A stretch of DNA of 32,000 nt, taken from NCBI RefSeq assembly GCF_000299365.1, contig NC_018655.1, positions 60,001 to 92,000 of the forward strand. The letters run 5' to 3'. The notes below the pieces were generated by a model. The model was not told where the DNA came from and made no database searches. It worked only from the letters and a program-made list of their open reading frames with translations. Both the position numbers and the translations under genes were made by a program. Below, one piece after another: positions 8,264 through 17,645 of the stretch (positions are counted from its first letter, which is position 1; every line of letters starts with the position of its first letter). The stretch is from Candidatus Nitrosopumilus koreensis AR1. GTDB taxonomy: Archaea > Thermoproteota > Nitrososphaeria > Nitrososphaerales > Nitrosopumilaceae.

Positions 8264-9031
8264 TTACACCTTCTTTGAATCTTTTAATAAATATTCGAAA
8301 TATTGACGTGCAAATCCTGCTAATCCTGCATGATCTGCCCAAATTGCAACTACCTCTGAAGAATTTTCAGCAGCAACTGCTGGACCCAATAATATTACGA
8401 CATATTTTTTATCTGAAATGATGCCTCCTCCAAACAAACCTTTCTTGATTTTTACAGTTGCAACTCTTTTGATTGCTTTGATGTACTCTTTATCCATCTT
8501 ATCTGATGTGAGTATTGTAATTTCCACTCCCTTGTCATGAAGTGATCTTAATTTTGGCAATGCTTGTTTTACTAATTCTTCTCCTGCTTCAGGTAACGCA
8601 ATCATTACTTCATTTCTGCATGTTTCAACCATCTCTAGAATCTTTGCTGCAATGTTTATTGCGCCTGATAATACCCAGATGTCTGGCTTTTCACTAGTTC
8701 CACTTTTTTCATACAATGGAACTAGCTCATTTAGAATGACACTTTGATTCTGCGAAAAATCATTTTCCATTTTTTGCTTTGTAGTTTCTAGTCCTGTTGA
8801 CGGTGATTTTGCAAAATATTTTGTTGGTCTAGAATCATCTGTCCCAATCCATCCTTTCTCCTCTAGAGTACCTAGAACTTCATAAATTTTTGAATATGGC
8901 ACTCCTGATTTTTGACTAAGCTCTGATGCTGTCAGTTCTCCTGATTTTAGCAATGCAGAAAATGTTCTGATCTCATAACTTGTTAGACCTATTTTTTCTA
9001 AAGCCTTTCTTGTCTTATCAGATATGCTCAT
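8264..9031 (-). CDS. TrmB-family transcriptional regulator
   Basis: ALEKIGLTSYEIRTFSALLKSGELTASELSQKSGVPYSKIYEVLGTLEEKGWI winged helix-turn-helix followed by a TrmB-like sensor domain. Confidence 0.9.
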   Translation of the reverse strand: MSISDKTRKALEKIGLTSYEIRTFSALLKSGELTASELSQKSGVPYSKIYEVLGTLEEKGWIGTDDSRPTKYFAKSPSTGLETTKQKMENDFSQNQSVILNELVPLYEKSGTSEKPDIWVLSGAINIAAKILEMVETCRNEVMIALPEAGEELVKQALPKLRSLHDKGVEITILTSDKMDKEYIKAIKRVATVKIKKGLFGGGIISDKKYVVILLGPAVAAENSSEVVAIWADHAGLAGFARQYFEYLLKDSKKV

Positions 9032-9109
9032 GCGATCTAGTCGTTCAGTTTTGATATTTAAATCACGTATGCCTACTTCCTAAATTCCACCCGAGGCCAA
9101 GTATGAAAT

Positions 9110-9121
9110 GCATTATATACC
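9110..9121 (+). promoter_or_regulatory. Candidate TATA box (gcattatatacc) for the tes-like gene
   Basis: Archaeal TATA-like octamer in the divergent intergenic region upstream of ATG 9147. Confidence 0.45.
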
Positions 9122-9146
9122 ATTTCAGAAAAATGCCTATAGAAGC

Positions 9147-10810
9147 ATGGCACTGATTCAGATATCTAATCAATCTACAAAAAATTTAGGAAAAAATCTA
9201 CTATTAGATTCACTCAAAGCATTTGTCCAGATTGTAACATGATTTTAGATGCTGAAGTATTTGAGCGAGATAATAAGGTCTTCATGTCTAAAGTATGTCC
9301 AACTCACGGTGAATGTGAGGAACTGTACTTTGGTTCTTACGAATTATACAAGAAATTTAGTACTTATTGGATGGATGGTAAAGGCGCACATTCTCCAAAT
9401 GTAATGATTGACAAATGTTCTTGTCCAAATAACTGTGGATTGTGTTCAAACCATTTGTCTCATAGTGGATTGGCAAACATGATTGTAACTAACAGATGTG
9501 ACTTGACATGTTGGTATTGTTTCTTTTATGTCAAGAAAGGTCTAGAAGGTGCTTACATGTATGAACCAGATCATACTCAAATCAGAGGAATGATGAAGAC
9601 TCTGAGAGCAGAAAGACCAATTCCTGGAAACTCTATGCAAATTACCGGTGGTGAACCAATGCTTAGAGATGATATTGCTGATGTTATCAAAATTATGAAA
9701 GAAGAAGGTGTTGATCATATTCAGATGAACACCAATGGAATTAGACACGCAATGGATCCTGAAGCTGCACGCGAAGTAAGACTTGCTGGATGTAACAACT
9801 TGTATCTCTCATTTGACGGTGTAACTGCAAGAACAAACCCAAAGAATCACTGGGAAATTCCATATGCACTTGATAGTTGCAGAAAGACTGGAACCACTGT
9901 AGTATTTGTTCCAACTGTAATCAAATCAATTAATGATCATGAGTTAGGCGGAATTATCAGATATGCTCAAAAGAACATGGATGTAGTTCATGCTGTAAAC
10001 TTCCAACCAGTATCACTAACTGGTAGAATGGGTAAAACTGAACGTGAAAAATACCGAATTACTGTTCCTGATTGTATCCAAAGAATTGAAGAGCAAACAA
10101 ATGGTGAGGTAACCATTGATGACTGGTTCCCAGTACCAAGTTGTATGCCATTAACAAACGTGATTGAAGCGTTCTCAAGCAAACCAAAATACGAATTATC
10201 AATTCACTTTGCTTGTGGTGCTGGAACATACATCTTTGAAGATGAAGAAACAAAGAAGTTTGTCCCATTAACAAAATTTTGTGACATCCAAGGAATGTTA
10301 GAATTATTTGAAGATAAGGCAGAGGAAATTCGTTCTGGTAAAAACAAATACTTTACAATGCTTGAAGTTGTAAGAAAACTCAAAGGATTTGTTGATTCAA
10401 AGAAACAGCCAGCAGGATTAGACTTGGCAAAGATGTTTGGAAATATACTCATGAAGAGATCATTTGATTCAGTTGGTTCTTGGCACGTCAAAGGACTATT
10501 CCTTGGTATGATGCACTTCCAAGACAAATACAACGAGGACCTAGAAAGACTGCAAAGATGTGATATTCACTATGTTACTCCTGACCTTAGAATAGTTCCA
10601 TTCTGTGCATTTAATGTAATTCCAGAATGGTATAGAGACAGAATTCAGAAAAAGTATTCTATTACTGTTGAAGAGTGGGAAGAAAGAGAAGGCGTCAAAC
10701 TCGAAGATGGTCTGTACCGTGGCCTTATGAGGCGTGGCGCAGGTGACGAACTTGCTGCTGGCTGTGCAAAGAGCCAGATGTTCCATGATGCAGCGCAAGC
10801 AACAATGTAA
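9147..10810 (+). CDS. Tes-like radical SAM protein (putative GDGT/tetraether lipid synthase); 5' end apparently frameshifted
   Basis: CPxC at the missed N-terminus (SICPDCNMILDAEVFE), CPNNCGLC, radical SAM CDLTCWYC and GGEP. Main ORF 9239..10810; likely true ATG at 9147 after restoring one base between 9170 and 9218. Confidence 0.82.
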
Positions 10811-10864
10811 AATCAATAAATCTATTTTTAATTAATAACATTTTTCAACTCAGTAAAACATTTT

Positions 10865-11302
10865 TTGATTGTGACTCTATCTGAATCTCAAACAATTGCT
10901 TTGCTTGAAGTTTTACGTATCTTACGACACAATGAAAGTAGGTTTGCTAGGAAAAAAATTTATGAATCATATCTTGATAGAAAATTTGAAAATTTAGAAT
11001 CTTTAGATCTTGAAACTATACATTATGTAGAAAAATTAAATGGTGATTTTGATGAAATAGGTTTTCTTGTTGAAGAATTTCAAATTAAAGAACAACTATT
11101 TCCCTTATACTCAGACACTATTAGAAGGATTTGGATTATTTTAGAAAACTATCTACAAAAAGAACAAAATAAAAGAAGCAAAAAAGATCCTGCAAGCAAA
11201 CAATTTAGTTATTATTTTACCAACCTTGCTCAAGAGGCAAAAAAATATCGAGATAAAAATAATCTGCCAGAACCTGGAATAACTGATCTTAGAAATACAT
11301 AA
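10865..11302 (+). CDS. Hypothetical protein, 145 aa
   Basis: Intact open frame; no recognised domain. Confidence 0.7.
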   Translation: MIVTLSESQTIALLEVLRILRHNESRFARKKIYESYLDRKFENLESLDLETIHYVEKLNGDFDEIGFLVEEFQIKEQLFPLYSDTIRRIWIILENYLQKEQNKRSKKDPASKQFSYYFTNLAQEAKKYRDKNNLPEPGITDLRNT

Positions 11303-11373
11303 TGAAATACTCTTTCTAGACTCATTCCTTAACAAATATAGACCTTTAATAGAAACAATAATTTTTAATTTTT

Positions 11374-12390
11374 ATGCGAATTCTAATGATCTCTCCTACG
11401 AGTTCAGGTATAGGAGGAATTGCTCAACATGTTCAAGGACTAAAAAAATTCTTAGAAGATAAGGGTAATGAGGTTGATATCATCTCATCTGAAAATACTT
11501 TTACAATTCCTATCAAAAGATTAAAAAATCCTAGCTTTATGGTTTCTTCTTTTATTAAAAGTAAATTTAAAAAAAACTATGATATTGTTCATGCCCAAAA
11601 TCCTATGTCTGCTTTGGCCATGAAAAATGTAAATGGAAAAAAAATACTTTCTTTACAAGGAGATTTTTCAAAACAAATCTCATTACTTCATGGTGAAACT
11701 GCAGGAGGAATATCTAAAAAATTAGAGAAAAATGCATTAAAATGGGCTGATGTAATAACAGTTCCTTCACAAGAAATGTATGATGAATACACAAAAGAAG
11801 GATACAAAGTCACTGTTGTCCCAAATGCAATTGACATCTCATCATTTCCAAATGATGAAGACAGACGTTATCAAAAACAAATAATCTATGCAGGTAGATT
11901 ATCCAAAGAAAAAGGAATTTTAGACTTGTTGGAAATTTCAGAAAAATTGTCAAAAGACATTCATCTACTTGTAGCTGGTTCGGGACCTGAAGAGAATGGG
12001 GTTAGAGAAATAACAAAAAAATTTTCTAATATTCATTTTTTAGGATATCAGCCTAAAGAAAATATGATCAAATTGATTCGTGGTTCAGATATTCTCATAC
12101 AACCTTCAATTATGGAGGGCGGTACAAGTTCTACCTTGCTAGAAGCTATGGCTTGTAAAACTCCAATAATTGCTACATCTGTTGGTGGTAACAAAGAGAC
12201 AATACTTCATATGAAGACTGCATATGTTATTGCACCAAATCATCCTGAAGAGATCTATGATGCAATCAATGATTTATTTGCCAATCCTGAAAAACAAAAA
12301 ATTCTGTCAGAAAATGCTTTTAAAATCGTAACCAATTACGACTGGGAACATGTTGGGCAAAAATACTTGGATGTCTATAACTCTGCCTAG
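11374..12390 (+). CDS. Glycosyltransferase family 4 (GT-B)
   Basis: SSGIGGIAQHVQGLKKFL, LIQPSIMEGGTSSTLLEAMACKTPIIATSVGG donor-site motif. Confidence 0.95.
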   Translation: MRILMISPTSSGIGGIAQHVQGLKKFLEDKGNEVDIISSENTFTIPIKRLKNPSFMVSSFIKSKFKKNYDIVHAQNPMSALAMKNVNGKKILSLQGDFSKQISLLHGETAGGISKKLEKNALKWADVITVPSQEMYDEYTKEGYKVTVVPNAIDISSFPNDEDRRYQKQIIYAGRLSKEKGILDLLEISEKLSKDIHLLVAGSGPEENGVREITKKFSNIHFLGYQPKENMIKLIRGSDILIQPSIMEGGTSSTLLEAMACKTPIIATSVGGNKETILHMKTAYVIAPNHPEEIYDAINDLFANPEKQKILSENAFKIVTNYDWEHVGQKYLDVYNSA

Positions 12391-12433
12391 TTTTTTGATT
12401 CATATCTTTTTATATTAAATTTGGAATTAAAAG

Positions 12434-13774
12434 ATGAAAACAATGAAAGTAAGTCTAGTCAGAGCCCGATACCCAAGTGTTTGGGAACCAACAAATTTAA
12501 TGTATGTTTCATCTTTCATTAAAGACAGATACCAAGGTAATCTCGAGGTACAAATTCTAGATGGCTTTTTTGACTCTGATGAACAAATTCTAAATCAAAT
12601 TTCATGTTCTGACTATGTAGGCTTTAGTGGAACAACACCGCAGGTTCCACACATTAAAAAATTAAGTAAACTTGTAAAGAAGGAATATCCCTCTATGAAA
12701 ACAATTGCTGGAGGTTATGGGCCTTCTTTGCAACCTTTCAAATTTCTAAATGATCCTACAATCGACTATCTTGTAGTTGGCGAAGGTGAACAATCAATGC
12801 TGGATATCTTAAATGGAAATGTAAATCAAAAACTTGTCAGCAGTACTCCAATTGCTGATGTTGATTCAATTCCCAATCCTGATAGAGACTCTATAGACTT
12901 GAATCGATATATCTCAATTGCTGAAAAAGATGAGGGACGAAGAGTTACTTCTATTATGACTGAACGCGGATGCGCATTTGGTTGTACCTTTTGTGCAGAG
13001 GGTCAATTTGGGACAATATGGAGAAAAGCGGGTCTTAAAAACGATGATCTTGAATACGAAAGAGCAGTCAGATTACGTGGACGAAGCCCCAAATTAGTTG
13101 TAGAAGAAATGATTGAGGTACGAGATCGATTCAATATCACATTTTTTAAAATGAATGATGCTGAAACAAATCCTTCCCGAGCACATTTTCTAAAACTTTG
13201 TGAGGAAATGATAAAACAAGAAGTAAATGTTCCGTGGGGATGTAACATGAGATGTGATAAAGTAGATGATGAAATGTGTGAGATGGCAGTAAAGGCCCAT
13301 TGTGAAGAGTTCTGGATGGGATTAGAATCCGGCTCCCCGGAAATTCACCGTGATATCAACAAAGGAACTACTGTTGAGATGATCAAAAAAGCATTTGATG
13401 TTTCAAAAAAATATGGAATAAAACGGAGGACTTATGCATTACTAGGGACTCCATTAGAGTCTTATGAAACAATAAAACAAACTGAAGAACTGATTGATTA
13501 TGTTGATCCTGAAATTATTGGATTTTCAATTCTTGCACCATATCCTGGAACAGCATATTGGAAACCTGAATATGATAAACTAGATTGGTCACAAATCGAC
13601 GAATTTTCTAATACCACATGGAGTTCAAGCAACCTCACTAATCAGGAACTACGTACTGAACAAGCCAGACTAATTGAAAAATATTCCGATAAACTTGCAC
13701 CAATAATTAGAAAAAAGCAAAAATTAGGAATGGGCGGGTCCCAAACCCTTGATTCCATTATGGGTGCAATGTAA
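12434..13774 (+). CDS. Radical SAM protein with N-terminal B12-binding-like domain
   Basis: Rossmann-like N-terminal half (YVGFSGTTPQVPHIKKLSKLVKKEYPSMKTIAGGYGPSL, VVGEGE) and GCAFGCTFC cluster motif. Confidence 0.93.
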   Translation: MKTMKVSLVRARYPSVWEPTNLMYVSSFIKDRYQGNLEVQILDGFFDSDEQILNQISCSDYVGFSGTTPQVPHIKKLSKLVKKEYPSMKTIAGGYGPSLQPFKFLNDPTIDYLVVGEGEQSMLDILNGNVNQKLVSSTPIADVDSIPNPDRDSIDLNRYISIAEKDEGRRVTSIMTERGCAFGCTFCAEGQFGTIWRKAGLKNDDLEYERAVRLRGRSPKLVVEEMIEVRDRFNITFFKMNDAETNPSRAHFLKLCEEMIKQEVNVPWGCNMRCDKVDDEMCEMAVKAHCEEFWMGLESGSPEIHRDINKGTTVEMIKKAFDVSKKYGIKRRTYALLGTPLESYETIKQTEELIDYVDPEIIGFSILAPYPGTAYWKPEYDKLDWSQIDEFSNTTWSSSNLTNQELRTEQARLIEKYSDKLAPIIRKKQKLGMGGSQTLDSIMGAM

Positions 13775-13796
13775 GAGAAACTAATGGTAGAAAACT

Positions 13797-14954
13797 ATGA
13801 TTCAAAGATTTGGTAATGAGGAAATAAATGCTGTAAAAAAATCTATAACCAAATCATCGCTCCTTTCAGGTTATACCAATAAATTTTTGGGTGGAGAAAT
13901 TATTCAAAAATTCGAAAAAGAATTTGCTCGGTTTCATAAATGCAAATATGGAATTTCTGTTAATTCAGGAACAAGTGCATTGTTTGTAGCTCAATTAGCT
14001 GCTGGAGTAAAAAATATGAAAAAAGTAAGTGTTCCATCTATAACTTTCACAGCCACTACTTCTCAAGTTGTTGCATGTGGAGGCTCTCCAAATTTTGTTG
14101 ACATTGATCCTGAATCTTATTGCATGGATTTTGATTTTTCAAAAAAATCTCCATTTGCAATACCTGTTCATCTTTTGGGACATCCTTGTAATCTTGAAAT
14201 GATTAAAACCATGAAAGAATATGGTATGTTTGTCATTGAAGATTGTGCACAAGCCATGGGTGCAAAATCTAAAAATAAAATTGTTGGTAGTATGGGTGAT
14301 TGTGGAATTTTTAGTTTTCAAGAAACAAAACATATCACAACTTTAGGAGAAGGGGGAATTATTGTAACAAACAATGAAGAATTTGCTGAAAAATGTAGAA
14401 GTATCAGAAATCATGGAGAGTATTACAAAGATCAAATGTCTGTTGGATTTAACTTAAGACTAACTGATGCACAAGCTGCATTTGGGATTGTTCAACTGAA
14501 ACGATTACCCAATATTTTGAAAAACTTTCGAAAAAATGCAACCCATATCATGAAAAATCTTCCTGAAAATATTCTTCCACCTATAATTTCAAAAAATGTA
14601 GAACATTCATTTCTCATTATTGGATGTCGATATGATTCTACACATGGGATTTCAAGAGAAAAATTTCTTGAAAGACTTACAAAAAACAGGAAAAAATTTC
14701 TTAAGAATGAACAAATCTCTGACATAAAGGGATTAAACTTACGACCAGGAAAAATTATCAGTTCTGGATATAAAACCACTCAATACAACATTCCACTTTA
14801 TCGAAAATACCGACCAAAGAAAATCCATCCAAATTCTGAAAACTTTCTTAAAACCAGTTTGTTTCTTGATATACATAGATGGCGAAGCCAATCTGAAATT
14901 AATGAGGAACTAAAAATTCTTAATAATACATTTTCTGAACTTAAAAAAACATGA
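13797..14954 (+). CDS. DegT/DnrJ/EryC1/StrS family PLP-dependent sugar aminotransferase
   Basis: YGISVNSGTSALFVAQLA, VIEDCAQAMGAKSKNKIVGSMGDCGIFSFQETKHITTLGEGG. Confidence 0.95.
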   Translation: MIQRFGNEEINAVKKSITKSSLLSGYTNKFLGGEIIQKFEKEFARFHKCKYGISVNSGTSALFVAQLAAGVKNMKKVSVPSITFTATTSQVVACGGSPNFVDIDPESYCMDFDFSKKSPFAIPVHLLGHPCNLEMIKTMKEYGMFVIEDCAQAMGAKSKNKIVGSMGDCGIFSFQETKHITTLGEGGIIVTNNEEFAEKCRSIRNHGEYYKDQMSVGFNLRLTDAQAAFGIVQLKRLPNILKNFRKNATHIMKNLPENILPPIISKNVEHSFLIIGCRYDSTHGISREKFLERLTKNRKKFLKNEQISDIKGLNLRPGKIISSGYKTTQYNIPLYRKYRPKKIHPNSENFLKTSLFLDIHRWRSQSEINEELKILNNTFSELKKT

Positions 14955-14961
14955 TTCTTTA

Positions 14962-14988
14962 TGAATGAAATTCATTCACTAGTAAGTG
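14962..14988. repeat. Two overlapping short inverted repeats upstream of the dehydratase gene
   Basis: TGAATGA-AAT-TCATTCA (14962-14978) overlapping CACT-AGTA-AGTG (14977-14988). Confidence 0.4.
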
Positions 14989-14992
14989 TTTT

Positions 14993-16033
14993 ATGGCAAT
15001 TAAATCCAGAAGTGAGAATATGACATCAATATTAAAAAATAAATCAATTTTGGTTACTGGTGGTACTGGTACTATTGGAAGTGCATTAGTCAAGCAAGCA
15101 ATAATAGAAAATGCCAAAAAAATTATTGTTTTTAGTAATGATGAAAATGGTCTTTTTGAATTAGAAGAACAATTTTCTAATCATAAAAATATTGAATATG
15201 TTATAGGCGATATACGAAATGAAGATATCGTTTCTTCAATCATAAAAAATATTGACATCGTTTTTCATGCTGCTGCACTAAAACATGTTGATAGATGTGA
15301 ATCAAATCCTTTTGAAGCAATTACAGTAAATACGATTGGAACTCGAAATGTCATTAAATACTCCATTATAGAATCTGTCAAAAAAGTTATTTTAATTAGC
15401 ACTGATAAAGCTGTCAATCCAATTGGTGTAATGGGAGCAACAAAACTTTTGGCTGAAAAGCTAATGTCTTCTGAGGGATTTCAACAAAATTCTAAAACAA
15501 TTCTTGCCACTGTAAGATTTGGTAATGTTATAAAATCACGTGGTTCAATTTTGCCAAAGATTGAAAAACAAATTGCAAAAGGTGGACCTATCACATTAAC
15601 CGATCAAAGAATGATGAGATTTTTTATGAGTGAACATGATGCAATTAATCTCATTCTGAGTGCTGCTGATCTTGCAAAAGGAGGAGAAATATTTGTTTCA
15701 AAAATGCCATTACTAAACTTAAAAGAACTATTTGAAACAATGAAAGAAATTCTTGCTCCTAAATTTGGTCACGATCCAAACAAAATCAAAATGAAGACTA
15801 TTGGAATAAGACCTGGCGAGAAATTAATTGAATTTTTGCTAAATAATACAGAAATGGAAAATGCGCTAGAAACAAAAAATTTCTTTATAATCCCTCCTAT
15901 ATCTAAGCCTGAAAGACTCAAAAAATATGTAGGTGCAAAAAAAGCTAAGAACATTCAAAATTATTTTGAAAAACTTCAACCTATTTCAAAAAAAGAAATC
16001 AAAAATCTTCTAAAACAAAGCTATGAATCATAG
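14993..16033 (+). CDS. Polysaccharide biosynthesis NDP-sugar 4,6-dehydratase (CapD/PseB-like, Polysacc_synt_2)
   Basis: VTGGTGTIGSALV, FHAAALKHVDRCESNPFEAITVNTIGT, STDKAVNPIGVMGATKLLAEK. Confidence 0.93.
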   Translation: MAIKSRSENMTSILKNKSILVTGGTGTIGSALVKQAIIENAKKIIVFSNDENGLFELEEQFSNHKNIEYVIGDIRNEDIVSSIIKNIDIVFHAAALKHVDRCESNPFEAITVNTIGTRNVIKYSIIESVKKVILISTDKAVNPIGVMGATKLLAEKLMSSEGFQQNSKTILATVRFGNVIKSRGSILPKIEKQIAKGGPITLTDQRMMRFFMSEHDAINLILSAADLAKGGEIFVSKMPLLNLKELFETMKEILAPKFGHDPNKIKMKTIGIRPGEKLIEFLLNNTEMENALETKNFFIIPPISKPERLKKYVGAKKAKNIQNYFEKLQPISKKEIKNLLKQSYES

Positions 16034-17621
16034 ACATTCTCAAAAATATCATAATCTATTCTGAAAATCTTCATATGATATGTAAAACCTTCTTCTTGTG
16101 AATCAAATTCTTTGATTAAATATGGAAATTCATTTTCATTTTCAAAAACATTTTTTAAAAATTGAACCCTATACAAGAAATGTTCTGAATCATCAACTAT
16201 AATGTGAGTTAATCCTGATTCTTTGTTATTTTTGATAAATTCTTCTAGTGATACATTTGTAATTGGAATTAACCCATTACATTTCCTAGGGTCTAGGCAT
16301 TTTGAAATATCATTTGAATCATTAAATTGATTTCGTAATATTGGAAATTCTTCTATTTCAGTTAATCCAACAATTGGAAGATATCCTGATTCTGGAATGT
16401 ATTGATTGATAATCTTAGTTTTTTCTGCAACAATAAATGAAAGTTGGTATGCTTCAAATTCCCGTTGAGACTCTTCATTTTGATATTCAAAAAAACCTAT
16501 GGATGCCAAAACTATACATGATGTAGATAGTATCAAAAGAAGATCTTTTTTTGATACTCGATCATATATTTTTTTGATTGGATATAATGATACAATACAA
16601 AAAATTGGATATAGTAAGAAAAGATATCTTGTGTCAAATGCTTTTACTGAATAACCGTAAAATGCAGGAATTGCAAAAATCACAATTAATGCAGTAATTG
16701 AGATTTTTGTAGGTTCTCTATTCTTCCACATCAAAAAAAAGCCTATAGGTAAAATCAAAACAAAGCTTGGAATTGCTGCCCATCCCAACATTTTTACAAA
16801 ATTTACTATTCCTTCACTAATCCAATTGTAAATTCCTATTGAACTAGAACCTCGTTCAATTTCGTTCTGTGAATTAGATATTTTACTCGTTAAAGAGTCG
16901 TATCCGGTTACTTCTGTACGTAAAACTGACATTGGTGCAACTACTAAAATAAACAGAAATAAACATAATAGATATTTTAAAATTAATTTATTATTTTTTT
17001 ATGATTTAAAAAATACCATGTACTTATTCCAATTAATATAAAAACTCCTTCAACTCTTACAATTGTTGCAATTCCTGCACAAATAAAAGCCAGGAAAATG
17101 AACTCATTCTTTTTACTTAAAATCAAAAAAACACTCAACGCTGCAAATAAAATGTAAAGAGGTTCTGTGACTCCTAACAATGAATTTTCAATAATTCTTG
17201 GCTCAAATGCAAAAATTGCAGCACCTACAAGACTTAATTTATCATTAAAAAATTTTTTACAAATTAAAAAAACTATTGGAATTGTCAGACAAGAAATTAT
17301 TATACTTAAACTTCTTTGTAATATCATATAATCTAAAAAATTTTCAGAATTTGTCATGGAAAAAAATACTGACATAAAAAGTGGCCAGCCATTATTTCCT
17401 ACATTGTATCCTCTTGGTAGTTCTCCTGTTATGCTGACATCATTTGCATACCAAAAATAATCTAATGCATCTTGTGTTAACGGTAACTCAAATGGTGTAT
17501 AAAAAATCCTTATTATCAATCCAGAAACAAATAATCCTATTAAAAGAAATGATGTATTTCTCAAAATTCTAGGTTTTTGATTTTCTGGCCTTCTAGTCTT
17601 ATTGTTGAATTCAGAGTTCAT
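16021..17621 (-). pseudogene. GT39/GT-C-like multipass glycosyltransferase, frameshifted into 16983..17621 and 16021..16932
   Basis: N-terminal half carries PLTQDALDYFWYAND...RSLSIIISCLTIP...R.IE.SLLGVTEPLY; C-terminal half carries TM helices and a soluble domain. One extra A at the A7 tract (16994-17000) gives ...STWYFLNHKKNNKLILKYLLCLFLFILVVAPMSVLRTEVTG... Confidence 0.85.
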
Positions 17622-17645
17622 AACAAAAAATTCCTAAAAATATTA

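Noticed and set aside
8059-8421. 120-aa ORF antisense to the DtxR/TrmB-type genes
   Set aside because: Shadow frame of two well-supported genes.
9542-10816. Antisense ORFs 9542..9748, 9988..10182, 10059..10274, 10204..10533, 10541..10816
   Set aside because: All lie opposite the tes-like coding frame and lack recognisable domains.
16021-16033. 13-nt convergent 3' overlap between dehydratase and GT39-like genes
   Set aside because: Short tail-to-tail overlaps are common in compact archaeal genomes; not notable alone.
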